From contig OZ287697.1 of assembly GCA_965649825.1 (NCBI GenBank), forward strand, positions 583,635-647,634: 64,000 nt of DNA, read 5' to 3'. The position numbers were made by a program, and so were the translations under genes. Source of the DNA: Penicillus capitatus (Eukaryota > Plantae > Chlorophyta). The stretch's first letter is position 1, and each line of letters begins with the position of its first letter. Shown here one piece after another: positions 43,378-56,090 of this stretch. The notes beneath the pieces are model-generated. The model worked only from the letters and a program-made list of their open reading frames with translations. It ran no database searches and was not told the DNA's origin.

Positions 43378-45284
43378 TTAATGTTCGACTTCACTCAGAA
43401 TCGTATGTGCCCCTTTCTCTGCGATCATGACCGTCGGGGCACCGGTCTGACCACCCGGAATCCGAGGCATGACAGAGGCATCGATGACTCTCAGACCATC
43501 AACGCCATGAACTTTGAGATGAGTGGACGAAACGACAGAACCATCTTCCGGAATAGATCCCATCCGACAGCTGCCCACGATCGCATTGGCCGAATGCACT
43601 GTCTTTCGAATAAAACCGTCCAACTCATCGTCTGTACGAAGCTCGGATCCTGGAAAACCCTCTTCGTCCAAAAATCCATTCAGGACTGGCATCGAGGCCA
43701 ATATCCTATTGAATCTCAACCCTGTCGATCACAAACGGGCGTTATGGGCATAGCTCGATCAGTAGATTTCTGAGACCTTCTCTCAGGGTCTGCAGATCTT
43801 TGCCGTCTGGATCTGTCAAGAATCCGATGTCGACAGCTGGATCGTCAAGTGGATCGTCGCTGGCCAGACGGACCCTTCCTCTGCTCAAGGGACGACAGGC
43901 CACTACCTGAGAGGTAATTCCACCTGGCCATGTGCCTCCCTTCTCCAAAATCTTCCCAAACTTAATGAACGAGCCAACACCGTCTGGATCCAATGCATAG
44001 CCAGCGTTGAAACGCAATTGGATGTTGGGCTGATCATGACCAGGTGTTGTCATAAATGCCCCATGATCACACGACGTTGTGCAGAGCGGCCCTTTCTTCA
44101 GAAGAGCATACTGCAGCAGGACGCTGCGCCGGATCTTGCCATCCTTGCCGAAGACATTGGTCACAGCCATGTCTGCATACTGTGGTCTGAGTGTATACGC
44201 TGAGAGCACAGCTGGGTGATCTTGTAGACTTCTGCCGACGCCTGGGATGTCTTTGATCAATTCGATGCCGTGCTTCAGGATCTCATCCTTCGGTCCAATT
44301 CCGCTTAGCAGCAAGAGGTGGGGCGAATGAATGGCGCCGCCGCAGAGAATGATCTCGCCGTTTGGCGCTAACAGTGCCTCGCGTTTCAGAAGCTCTGTCC
44401 CCGTTTGGCGATATTCCACTCCGACAGCCCTCTGTCGCATCGTCCCTTTGTCAAACAGCACTCTCGTTGCCCGTGCACCCGTCTGAACCGTCAGATTCTC
44501 TCGTTTCAGTGCAGGTCTGAGGAACTGCCGATAGGCATCAGCCCGTACACCTCTCTCCTGGGTCACATCAAATTCTCCATATCCTTCCTGAGGTCGACTC
44601 CAATCATTGAAATCGGGATTGTAATCCAATCCTGCCTCACGTGCTGCTCTGCATCACACTTTATCGTATGATCACACTTCTTGCATTCTGTTCTCTTCCT
44701 TACCCAAGCATGATTCCATGCAGAGGATTGTCATAACGTGGATGCTCCACGTGCATCAATCCTCCCTTTCTGTGATAAACGGAATTGCTTTCGGGAAAAT
44801 CTTCCGCATGCTTAAACCATGGCAACACATCTTCCGCTTTCCACCCTGTCAGTCCCCAATCATTGTAATCTTTGGCCGTGCCGCGGTGGTAAAGTGTGGC
44901 ATTGGTGCTTGTACTCCCACCAATCACTTTTCCGCGTGCCAGATAGACGGAACGCTGATCGAGCTGTTTCTGTTGAGTGGAGTAGAGATTCCAATCGAAA
45001 GAGCTTTTGAAAAGACGTGTGATGCCGGCAGGAGTGTGGATCAAGCTGTCCTGTTCGCCACTGCCTGCTTCGAGCAGGAGAACCTGATGGTTATCGTCAG
45101 CCGAGAGACGGTTGGCTAAGAGACAACCCGAAGCACCCCCACCAACGATCACGTAGTCATAACCCTTGGCAGCTTCGACGCGAGTCTTGTGATGTGACGG
45201 CCGAAAACGATGCCGCGGAATGGAAGTCTGTGGCGGAGGTCCTTTGACGCGCCTTCCAGTCACTCCTGCCTGAGATCCCAGCAT
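43378..45284 (-). CDS. FAP: Fatty acid photodecarboxylase (GMC oxidoreductase, FAP clade)
   Basis: YDYVIVGGG, NATLYHRG, DFNDWS, RADAYRQFLRP, CDHGAF, QLRFNAGYALDPDGV, WPGGITSQVVACRP, HSANAIVGSCRMG and PRIPGGQTGAP are collinear with Chlorella FAP, including the FAP-specific ALDPDG segment. Confidence 0.9.
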
Positions 45285-45479
45285 TTTGGCGAATCTGCCG
45301 TTTCGCACGAGATCACGCGAGGACCGTATACAACCGTAGGCGGAAGGTACGCCACTCTGTTGGACGATCACCCCGTGCCCAAAAAACGTCATCTCTCATC
45401 CACGATCCGCGAACGGCGTGCCACGCGTCGCTTGTCAATGCAAGATAGGGGAAGAGCATTGTGCACCGGCAGTTTTGCA

Positions 45480-46591
45480 TTATTTCTTCGGCTTGGCTTT
45501 TGCGACGTCGAGTCTCTCTCCCGTCTGTTGTTCTAGAATACCCAAAAGACGCTGCTGAATGCCTTCTTCTCTGGAGATCGACGGAGGACGTGTGATCCGA
45601 CGACGGACAAAGTACTCTCCCGTCACTGTTGCGACATCTGGGCTGGTCGCCAAGTAAAACTCGTCGTCAGCTTCCGAAATGGGGATTCCAATAGGTCCCC
45701 ACCCAGCCAACAGCATCTTGGAATTCACCGTCCCCGGATCCAGACAATTCACCTCAAAAAAGCGCACACTGCACGAACATACCATTGCTTTTGACGCGTC
45801 TCACTGTCACGGAAGAGACGTTCTGCATCTGTTTGGCCAGCGGAAAAGTCATGAGCATACTACAGAGCTTGGACAGGGAATACGCATCGTGAGTACTGCA
45901 TAGGAGCGCGCTATGCCAAAAACGTATGTGATGTGACAGCCCACCTGTATCCCTTCTCTTGTTGAAGATTATCGAAATCGATCGAACTGGCAGCCGAGAT
46001 CGAACTCACATTGATGATCCTCTCTGTCACGCGATCCAGCAGAAGGCAAAGGAGAAGATAAGGGGCAACCACATTGACGGCCCATGTGCACTCGAATCCA
46101 TCCACGGTCACACTATGAGCATACTCTTATCTATGTGCTGCCGACGGACCAGTCAATGAACCTCTTGTTTGGCAGATAGACACCAGCATTGTTGATCAAC
46201 ACGTCGATGGACGCGTGTTGCGAACGCAGATCTTGGGAAAAGCGTCGGACAGCGTCCATGGAAGACAGATCATAGACATAGCTCGATATGTTATGGTTGC
46301 TGGTCTCTTCGATAATCTCTCTCTTGGCTTTTTCGACGCGTTTGGGATCCCTGTTGTCAGGATGCATCGAAAGTGCAGTGCCTTCCGACTCGACCTTCCG
46401 TGTAAAATGACATGAGCTTGCTCTGCTGCAAGTCTCTTTGCCGTGTGCAATCCGATTCCGTCCGTGCTACCAGTCACGAGAAACGTCCGACCGTTTATTG
46501 ACGATGCCATCGAACGAGGAAATGCGAGCGATCGCGCGGCTTGTGTGATTCGGTATGTCGACAACCAACGGCGCGTTATAAGTTTGATCAT
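45480..46591 (-). CDS. Short-chain dehydrogenase/reductase (retinol dehydrogenase-like)
   Basis: [48 protein letters not shown] and [13 protein letters not shown]. Confidence 0.88.
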
Positions 46592-47165
46592 TTGTGCGGA
46601 ACTGTTGGCTTAATGAGAGTCTCTGGATCCGCGAGCGGTCTTCTATGATCAACGTTCACTGTGGATCCGACCCGGCATGCGATATCATCTCACACTTTCC
46701 TCACTCTTTACCTGTCGTGTGATCTATGCCCTATCGGTGTGTCTGCCTTGGATAGAGATGAGAGAGAAGAACACCTTTACAGCACTGCCATAGCGTGACA
46801 AGTCTTATCGTCTTGCCTTGAGATTTGCACCCTCATAATCTGCCACAACGATACCAAATGTCATAAATAGTGTTGACTGTATGTGGTGAGCTGGGACAGT
46901 AGCCAACAGCTCAAAAGCAGAGGGCATTACATGATAATAACAACAGCCCCACCCACACCACTCGAATCTAGACGGCATGAACATCGACAACGACGACGAC
47001 AATAACAACCAGTTCGTTTTATTATGGTATGCATGGCGACGGATCGGACAGAAAGAGACGGCAATAAAAAGATCTGTGAATCGTCGGATGTCGTCTCTCT
47101 AAGCGTGATGACAGGAGAGAGGTGAAAAACAAAGGCCGTGTCATGCGTTTGAGGTCACTGCGATG

Positions 47166-48158
47166 TCAGATAATTTGCAGATGACGAATGCGCTGCTTAA
47201 GAGCGACGACTTCTTTCTCTTTCTCTGTGAGCATTGTCTGGAGTCGGCGAAGAACGACGTCTCTCTTGCATTCTTCGATATCGACTCGGAGGGCGCCATG
47301 GGTCGGCGGCGTCACGATACACGCCTCGGCAGGTGTCTCCGAACTGGGACCGCCGTTGATGAGTTGATCTGTTGACTTGAAGGACAGTTGAGCATCTTTG
47401 TTGACGAAGTCTGGCATGGCACTGGAGGAAAGCTCGATAGAATCGTCTCGATGGATATACGCAATGGCTTGCAGTCCTTGATTTTGCTCCGAGATGTCCA
47501 AAGACAGACATCGTCGACTGGGTCCAAAAAGTCGAAAGTGTTGGCCATTGAATGCAGTTGACCAGGTTTTCCGATTAAAGAGGCTGTGTGAAAATCCAGG
47601 GGTGCTTCGGAATGGACTAATGGGCTGTTGTTCCGTTGGAAGACCTGTCGAAGGTGTTTCCGGCAAATAACGAGCGCATCCGCGAAGGACTTCGGTCGGA
47701 ACGATCATGAACGGACAGGGAGACTTGTGAGGAAATGTCTGAAAGGACGCGTGATCTGCAACACATCATCATCTGTCGAACCACAGCAACAACCGTGATC
47801 GTGATATCCTACCTTTCTTGATCGATCGCTTCAGCTTATTCGAATCCGATCGTGCCATGATGAGCAGATCGACGCCTTTCTCTTCAATAAATTCGCACAG
47901 AATGCGCGTGTGATTCTTGATGACTTCGACTGCCAATGCAATATGTGTTCTCTTGAACTTATGCCATCCCAATTCTCGCAGATAATCACGCTCTATCTGC
48001 AATTCCTCTGCGTTCTTTTTGTTGAGGTTTTCGTTCAGACAGCGCACAAGGATCACGCGATCTCCTGGAACGATCACATTCTTTGCAACATACTGTGTCA
48101 GTGACGAATCCCACAAAGACGAATTCAGAACCACTGCAACCCGTCGGCGAAATTGCAT
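47166..48158 (-). CDS. Universal stress protein (USP) domain protein with C-terminal coiled coil
   Basis: RRVAVVL...PGDRVILVRC...EKGVDLLIMARS splices in frame to HKSPCPFMIVP, the USP C-terminal strand. This joins ORF 47769-48173 to ORF 47166-47708. Confidence 0.75.
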
Positions 48159-48452
48159 GGCAGAATTGGCCACCTGTCAAAGGAAGAAAGATGTGACGGG
48201 CAGCTCTCTATCGCTAGTCACTTGCATACCAGGGCGTCTGGTTGAAGCTTTGCTTGGATTCGAAAATGATCACCAGCTGAAAAACGCGGACTCACAATCG
48301 TGCATGCGCAAGGCGCTTTTGAGAGAATCTGATTGGCTGCACGCATCGACAACGTTTTCTTGACTCGACTCTGGTCCTTCAAACCTACAGCAGCAACCGC
48401 ATGCTCACACACGCACCGTCCTGTCGGCTATTCTCTCACTCAAAATTGCTAC

Positions 48453-49009
48453 ATGTATTCCTTCGTCTGCTATGAATTGAACAATACTGTTCACAACGTC
48501 TCCCTGTCACACAAATGAGAACTGTTGTCGTTGTGTCGTTAAGTGAGAAGACGTGACGTGAAGTTCGGTGACAGAGTGGTCGTATGTTGCGAGTTCTGTT
48601 CGGACGTCTCCGAGGACTGGCGTTCCTTTGTCCCAATGCTCTATTTCTTTGCCTTTGGTATGAACATGCACGACGTAGATTCGGTCGGCAAAAGACGGTG
48701 ACTGGCCTTCCTACAAGATAGGCACGCACATACAGACGGTAAGAAACGCCGCCGCGTATTGACAAGGACCTGCAAAAGTCTTTTCCGCGTAAAGTTCCAT
48801 GCGAAGTGATTCTCTTCGGACCACCACGCTTCGACACACAATGCGATTTTTCGCAGCTGCATTTCTCTCTGTATCACCCAGGAAACATCATCAGCGGCAT
48901 TTGATGTTTATCTCATAAGCGCTGATGTGACGTTTAGTCAGTATCCGCGAGGGACAACGTCAAGAATTTGCTCGGGATCGTTTTCGCAGAACCATTAGGG
49001 AAAGAATGA
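48453..49009 (+). CDS. Small multi-exon hypothetical protein (not in ORF track)
   Basis: Host-like intron signals (GTAAG donor near 48740, GATGTGAC...CAG at 48924-48941) join short exons into VVVCCEFCSDVSEDWRSFVPMLYFFAFGMNMHD|IGTHIQT|SFPRKVPCEVILFGPPRF...NIIS|VSARDNVKNLLGIVFAEPLGKE*. No homologue recognised. Confidence 0.35.
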
Positions 49010-49086
49010 AAGAATTGGACAACAACGTGCAAAAAGGAGTCCGCATAAATCAAGGAACCATTCCTGATGCAAGGCATCCAGGCATC

Positions 49087-49600
49087 TCATGCCAAGAACC
49101 CCAATCGCTCTCCGTTCTTCTTGGCCAATCGTATCACACCTTGTGCCTGTTTCTTATCGGCACCGACCACTTCGCAGAAACCCTTGATCACTAACGACGC
49201 CCATCCGTTGTCGCGGAGCCCGAGTGCGAAGTGAATGGACCTTGTGAGTGAAGGGCAATGGCTTTGCCTCGCAGTTGATTGAACTGCCGCTTTCCAACAA
49301 TCTCACGCGTCACCACCACGATCGGGGCAAAGGGCCCTGTCGTTGCTTTGTTCCCCATCTGTGTGACCATGCGCATAGGCGGCGATGGGGATAGACCTGC
49401 CGAACATCTCCCCTTCTGTGCGCATACGATCGTCGTCCTGGTATATCGTACGTGTGTTCGGTTGTCTGGGCAGCGAAGCCGGTCGACGGCGACAATGAGA
49501 GGAAAAGCGTCCGAGTGACGCCGTGTCCATTGCACAGACGTGGCGTCCGTCCATGGCATGACGAACACAGCTGCCGGTCGGAAAGGCACTATCACTTCTC
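49087..49600 (-). CDS. PGR5: Proton gradient regulation 5 (cyclic electron flow)
   Basis: MGNKATTGPFAPIVVVTREIVGKRQFNQLRGKAIALHSQ|VIKGFCEVVGADKKQAQSVIRLAKKNGERLGFLA* (stop 49087-49089). The start of the transit peptide is uncertain. Confidence 0.95.
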
Positions 49601-49727
49601 GAGGCATTCCCTCGTCGAAAGACCCTCTCACTGCCGTTCATTCTGAATCCGAATGCCGTGCTTCGAAGATCTCCTCCGTCCGCGACGATGATCTGTCAAG
49701 CAAGGACACGACGACAACAATCTGTTG

Positions 49728-51752
49728 TTAATGCACGAGTGTCTTGACGTAGAGCTGCGAATTGCGTCGCGGATCGATTCTGGCGGCGCGATGTGGCGGA
49801 AGGAGTGGACTAGAGTGTGCGGCGCCGGCTGCGACGAAGCCACGCTGAAGGAACCAATCCGCCGTCCGCGTCGTCAGGATGACGAGTTGACGCACGCGGT
49901 TCGTCGAGAGTTCCTGACATCCACGATCGACGAAGAGAACGCGAGAGGATGTGGGACTTACGCGTTCGATGTAGGTCAGTAGAGCGTCGCCCTTTCCTTG
50001 GCCGCGACAGTCGGGATGGATGCAGAGAGCTGAGAGCTCGGCAACGGAGAGTCCGTCATCCAGATGTTTGACCAGAGCGCAGCCCAGGATTCGGCGCTCT
50101 TTCTCGAACACTCTGAAATGCTCAACATCGCTTAACAACTCCTCGTAGCTTCGCGGGACAGTAATGCCGCTCTCGACAAGAGGTTTCAGAAGCTGCTCGA
50201 CAGAAAGGATGTCGGATGGGACGGCTTTGCGAATGCCTTCGTGAAAATCCGATGAGATCATTGAACCAATACCATCACGCGTGTACAGCTCCAGCAGCAG
50301 TCCTCCATCAACCTGGAGTCCACAATGCCAATAGGACACTCTGCCAAACTGCGTACTGTCGCGTCAATGAGGTGCGCTCGACGGACGCCGTGGTAGCATG
50401 AGAGGATGGAGATGATGAGGGAGGAGGGTAGATCTGCTTGGTCAGAGATTTCGTAATCCCACATCAGACGGTTTTTCCCTGTAGAATCGCCAGTGCCGTT
50501 GGCCTTCGTGCCTTCGCTCACGCGATCTCGTCGTAGCAAGGACGTCGTGACAGAGGGGAGTAGATCAAAGGCGCTGTCCAGCGGTAACCAGGTGGGGAGG
50601 TTCATGTTGCGGACATCTTCCAAATGCAGACAGATTACTTTGTCTGCCTTCAGCTACATGATGCACAGATTGTGTTTTGTATGTGGGTAGATGTGATGAG
50701 AGATGACCTGGACAGCTGTGTGGAATCCCACATCGAAGGTGCTGCAGTTCAGCACATCGCCTGCCGCAGAGTAACCTACATCAATACACCTGTCACGTCA
50801 GCAACAGATGCCGAGATATGTGGGCAAGAGACCCAGATTGTTTAGCAGGACGATGTTTTTGTCTTTGAGGAGATCAAGAATCGGCTGAGAAGCCACGAAA
50901 CGCACCTAGGACAGGAGACGATGCAGACTGTCGTCATTCAGCTGAATGAGATTCGCACATCGCCGGTCAATCCAAAATCGATGCCATCTACAATGCCACG
51001 GGCCTTCGCCGCCGTAAAGTTTCCGCTGACAACGCGGATCGCCATGTTCTGTGCTCGTATCCCGTGCCTTCTCATCAAAGGAACGGACGGTGCCTAGTGC
51101 AGCAAGAGGACGTCCGATCCGAAAAGGGAATCTGGTGATCGGACTCTCGAAAAGAATCCTTCCATCTTCATTCGCACCGAACTGGCGACGCGAATGGCGA
51201 CATCCAGTGCATCGACATCAGTGATTCTGTACTTTCCATGGAAGGTCGATGTTAAATGGTGTTCCTCCAGTGCACGATCGATGAGACATCGTGTGCCCAG
51301 AACCACGACTAACTGAACACCGAGGCCTGAAAACCACACCTCGGGTGTTGACTCCGTAAGCGAAACAGCAAACAGTGGAGGAGTTGCAGATCCGCCAACA
51401 ATGCATAGAAGAGAGTGTCCTGTGCAATGACCTGTTGATAAGGAGAGGTCAGCTGAGAGAAGGTACAGAAAGGGGACGGAGTGACCTCTCCAGGAATCAC
51501 CACAACAAAGAGACTCGCCGCATGTTCGACGATGTAGGGCGATGCCTGACGAAAGGACCCCACGAACGCCTGAAAGGCATTGCGTTCTTGAAGCGTCGCC
51601 GTTGCCTCGCGCTGCGCCGCCAGACGGTGACAGTGGTGTCGCTGTTGTCGAGGAGGGCGGCGCCGTCGGGTAACGGGATAGAGGGGGGATAACTGAAAGA
51701 GCGGAAGATTAAGTCGGTGGATGACACAGTGCATTGCAAAACTCATACTCAT
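49728..51752 (-). CDS. argA: N-acetylglutamate synthase (ArgA-type, kinase-like plus GNAT domains)
   Basis: FRQASPYI, LFVVVIPGE, LVVVLG, YRITD, GVRRAHLIDA, LLLELYTRDGIGSM, HPDCRGQGKG, ILTTRTADWFLQRGF and RNSQLYVK. Confidence 0.93.
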
Positions 51753-51951
51753 GGAGAGAAGTCGAAATAGTCATACAGCGTATGATGCCTAGGAAAGAAA
51801 TCCGACACCAAACTAAAAGCTCAAGGCTACGCAGCGATGATCTGAAACTATCAGAAGATGGCGGGTGTGATGGACAGACTCTACTACCTCGAAGACTCAA
51901 TCGATCAGACTATAAAAACGATTGAAAATGTCTTCTGCACGAATAAATTTT

Positions 51952-54917
51952 CTAAAACTCATCAATCCAGCTCCAAAGGTTCGTCCATGGGTGTTCCTTG
52001 TCAAAGAAATTGTTGCTTCGAGGCATTACAGATTTCCTAGGCGAATCGTAGAAATCAAAACAGGATGTGTCTGTTCCGTGCAGGAGTGTTGGAACGAACG
52101 GTGCCGTTTCTCTTTGACACTCCAGTCGATCCCAGTTCACTCTTCTGAACCATGGATGCGTCTTGATCTTGGCCAGATCATCATCTTCGTATCCTAACCG
52201 CTCTTCTGGCTTCACCTGAGACGACAGCGAGAGATAAGGTGTAAGAAAGAGTGCGTGGTCTGGCGTATACCTGAAGGAGTTTAGTAATTAAATTAGAGGC
52301 AGCTTGGGAAACGAATTCGGGAATGTAATATCTTCCAGACAGAATGCGTCGATGTGTGTCCCATCGATCGTCAGCTGGGGATTTGAACGGTGCATCTCCT
52401 GTCAGCATTTCGAAGATGAGCACGCCGAGAGCCCAGAAATCGGAAGCCTTTGACGCTCCCTGTCTTGAAATGATCTCAGGTGCCTGGTAGTCGGGCGTAC
52501 CGCAGACGGTCCAGGCGGAACCGTCAGCTAGCGTTGCAAAACCGTAGTCTGCGAGCTTCAAGTAACCATTCTTGTCAATAAGCATGTTTTCTGGCTTGAG
52601 ATCACGATAAATAATGTTCAGTGCATGCATTTGATCGTATGCCAAGATGACATTGGCAGCGTAGAACACAGCGTGACTCTCCGGTAGCCGACCCCCACTA
52701 TCAATAATCCGACTAAATAGCTCACCACCAGGGACCCAATCCTACACACACATGGCGACTCTATGGATTGTGGCTGTTCCATCTGAACGCACCATAAGAA
52801 AGTAAATGGATTGCTCGTCTTGGTAAGCTCCTTGAAGACTAACAAGAAATTTCCTGTTAGCTAATCTTGTCAGCACTTTTCGTTCCATGATGATGTGTTC
52901 GGCGTTCTTGTTATCTCTTATGGCTGCCTTCTGCATTGTTTTAAGCGCATACTGACTCCCAGTGGTTTTATGAGTGACAAGCCGGACAGATCCAAACTCA
53001 CCTTCGCCCACAACTCTATGCTGCTTCAAATCTCTGAAACAGATTTCAGGCCCTTCGTAGTTTGTTGGTTCGGCATTGATGATACGGGATGATAACTGTG
53101 GGGTGCTTCTCGATGGACAGGCTTGCAGTTCTTTTCTTATTCCAGCAGCGGCAAGCACTCTGTGTGAGATCTTGACCAACTGGACTCCGTCAGATGAGAC
53201 AACGACATCGACGTCAGATATCGTCTGGCGATTCCATCTGTACCCAAAAAACTGCCTCCCCTTATGACGCTTGATGATAGAGTGCGATGGACTATCGTGT
53301 GACCCGCAGACACTAACCTCTCCCTTCACGATCACATACAGATGCTCTATGAGTTGACCCGATTCCAAAATGGCCTCGTTTTCGGAGGCGGAAATAACTG
53401 GAGTCCTTCTAACAATTTCGGCAATATCGATGAGATCTGTATTGACAGTACCCAAAAACCCAATGATCTGTTGGAGAGCTTCTTCTATGATCAGTTTGCA
53501 GTAATCGATCCCTTCCAACTGCTGATAGATGGATGCATCAATGGCAATCCACTCAACCTCTGTCAATGCCTTGTAGTGGCTTTCTGCATCGGCAATGAAG
53601 AGATTCCCTCTGCCAAAAACGTGTTGTCTGTGGCGATGCGACTCATCCTCGACGCGGAGTCTTCCTTTTCGAATGATGTAAATCGTATTCGGATCCAGGT
53701 TCCAGATTTCATCTTTGGCGCAGTTATAGATCTGGGCTTTGTTTCCCAATTCGATGACTGTAGCATCGCTCACACTTTTGAGCAAAGGTAACTTTCGTAA
53801 GAATCTCAACATTCGGATCTTGGACACGTATTTAGATACGTCGATGAAATCGCTTCGATTGAGGGCGTAGAGGATGCAGATGCCAGAGGCAATGACAGAT
53901 GCTGTATGCGGAGAGTTGAACAGCAGCGTCGAATCTCCAAAGATCCAACCCGTCTGCTTCATCACTGTCTGCTTCGTTGCATGTGAACTCCCGGAGGTTT
54001 CTATCTGAACCTCGCCCCGTGCAACGTAGTACAGACAATCCGTCTCGCTTGGCATGTCTCCTTGACGAATGATTATTTCTTCGTCATAGTATACTTCACG
54101 CTTCATGCGAGCGAACAACTGAGTGACCACATGTCATTCATGGCATGAGGTATCTGGCTTGATCGTGGTGAGCCTACCTGTAGCAAGATGGTGTCGTCCA
54201 GTCCTTGGAAGACAATTGATTTTCTGAAGGCCTCCACGACGCGATCAGCAACATCGTGGGTGGCCGGATCTGTGTGGACAGGCGGTTGATTGCTTTCGGT
54301 ATGGCATTCCTCTGAATTCTCAGATGTCGAAGTCATCTCCTCAAGTTCGAGATCGTCCTGCAGCGGCAAGGGACGGTCAAGGCTAACAGAGAGAGCACGA
54401 TCGAGTTGTTACTTCGTTTGGAATGCCACCACGTCTTGTTCTCTGAGCTTTGGTGGGACTCCCCGTTTCTTCGTATGCCGACAGCGATACGCGGCCGCGA
54501 TCCGTTTCTTCCCCGCCATTCGGAACGGCGACCGAAGTAGAAAACGAGGTCTGTAGACAGACAGGTTTCGTGGCAGCGTGACGATAGAGGCGTCGTTCAC
54601 TTCGCTCGTCTCCGACGGCATTCTCTCGTCGTCGTTCGAGCAGCAAGACCGTTGCGCCGTGGTGTCGATGGCGCCGACGTGAATGGTCGATGACCCATGG
54701 GACGTCTTTGTCAGGCGACAACTGCCACTGCGAAAACAAAAGCCAGGCATAACTGAGCAAAACCCTGAACGAAGCAAATGGCTCACTTAACGTCACCTCC
54801 AATTGCGTTCTTTCCAGCCTTGGCGCGTTTCAGGTACCGAACTATGTGGTTGGCGGCGTTGTCACTGTTGACGTCGACACAAGCGGCCATCGCCGCTTTG
54901 CTGTTGCAGCATCCCAT
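51952..54917 (-). CDS. cGMP-dependent (PKG-like) protein kinase with cNMP-binding domains
   Basis: N-terminal MGCCNSK acylation motif, cNMP repeats (IIRQGD...LYYVARGEV, FGDSTLL), kinase motifs VGEGEFGSV, YALK, IYRDLKPEN, LADYGF and VCGTPDYQAPE, and an AGC tail. Confidence 0.88.
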
Positions 54918-55172
54918 GATACTAAATCACGCACGCGACGCTTCTTCTTTTCCTGAGACGTGAAGAATCTTGTTGTTAGCGAAGATGCGTTGTCGTTGGC
55001 GTTTCCGCTTCGGTGATGTCCGAAACGGATGATGCAGAATGGAACGTCGGTCACCGGTGACAACGACGTCGCAGGAAAAGAAGTCGGAAAGGTACGCGGT
55101 CGCTTCGTTCGATGCGAAGTCGTGAGACAGAGATGACTGGATCTGACGCACACGATAGTCGATCGGTACATA

Positions 55173-56090
55173 TTAAGTGACGCTTCTCGAGCGTCGTATA
55201 TCGGTCGAGCTAAGCTTCGTACCGCCGCCGTCTCCAACGAGACCGACGACGACCACCATCAAAGGTGCGAAGCCGCGGCGGCGTCGCGAGACGTTGATGT
55301 TCTCGGCACCCGGTTGTGTCTCCTTTGAAACGACAATGACTTGCCAATGCTCCTCAGTTTCGGCGGCGACAGGTGCATTGGGATCGCTAAGTACACGAAT
55401 GGACACTTCTAGACTTGGACGTACAGCTTGCACGAATAGCTTGACCGACTCGATCCGCTGCTCCAGCGACTGAATTTGACTATTATACTGCTTGTTTAGC
55501 AGATATTGATGATCTAGGAGCATCCAAACCACGATGTAGAATGAGATGATCTCCACGGAGAAAGTGTGACCTGTGACACCGATCAGGAGTCTCTTTTGCG
55601 ATACAAAGGCAGCGGCTGCAAGCAACAAACGATGTCCAGCATGCAGGTGATCAAATGTCCCACCCACCACACCACCGTCGTACACATGTCCCAAACTTTG
55701 GATCTCATATGTGGTATGGATGGGTGTATAGAGTGGGGTCGCTGCGCCTAGTACATTGAGTGGTTCTGCAAAGACAGGTCCCAAGTCCTGTCGCTGTCTT
55801 TCACTGTTGAGTCGGCTCAAGAAAAGACGGTCTTCATCAGACAGCGGAAAGGGAGCCGTGTACACAGTGGCCAATCCTTTCAGTTTGGCCAACTGAACTG
55901 CACACATCACAGAGGCGATGCCGAAGAGGGACAATCGGAAACATGAAGGGTTACGTGTTGTCCATCCACAGGATTCGAACAAGGGCACGAGGTTCATGGT
56001 GGGTCGCTTGGATGCGACGACGCTGTACCACTGCCTCAGTGTTTCGCACGTCGCCTGAGTATCTTCGACAGAGTCTTCGCCTTTGGCCAT
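55173..56090 (-). CDS. PPAT: Phosphopantetheine adenylyltransferase-like (cytidylyltransferase family)
   Basis: VVGGTFDHLHAGHRLLL, LLIGVT, IVVSKET, GAENINVSRRRRGFAPL and KLSSTDIR. Confidence 0.85.
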   Translation of the reverse strand: MAKGEDSVEDTQATCETLRQWYSVVASKRPTMNLVPLFESCGWTTRNPSCFRLSLFGIASVMCAVQLAKLKGLATVYTAPFPLSDEDRLFLSRLNSERQRQDLGPVFAEPLNVLGAATPLYTPIHTTYEIQSLGHVYDGGVVGGTFDHLHAGHRLLLAAAAFVSQKRLLIGVTGHTFSVEIISFYIVVWMLLDHQYLLNKQYNSQIQSLEQRIESVKLFVQAVRPSLEVSIRVLSDPNAPVAAETEEHWQVIVVSKETQPGAENINVSRRRRGFAPLMVVVVGLVGDGGGTKLSSTDIRRSRSVT

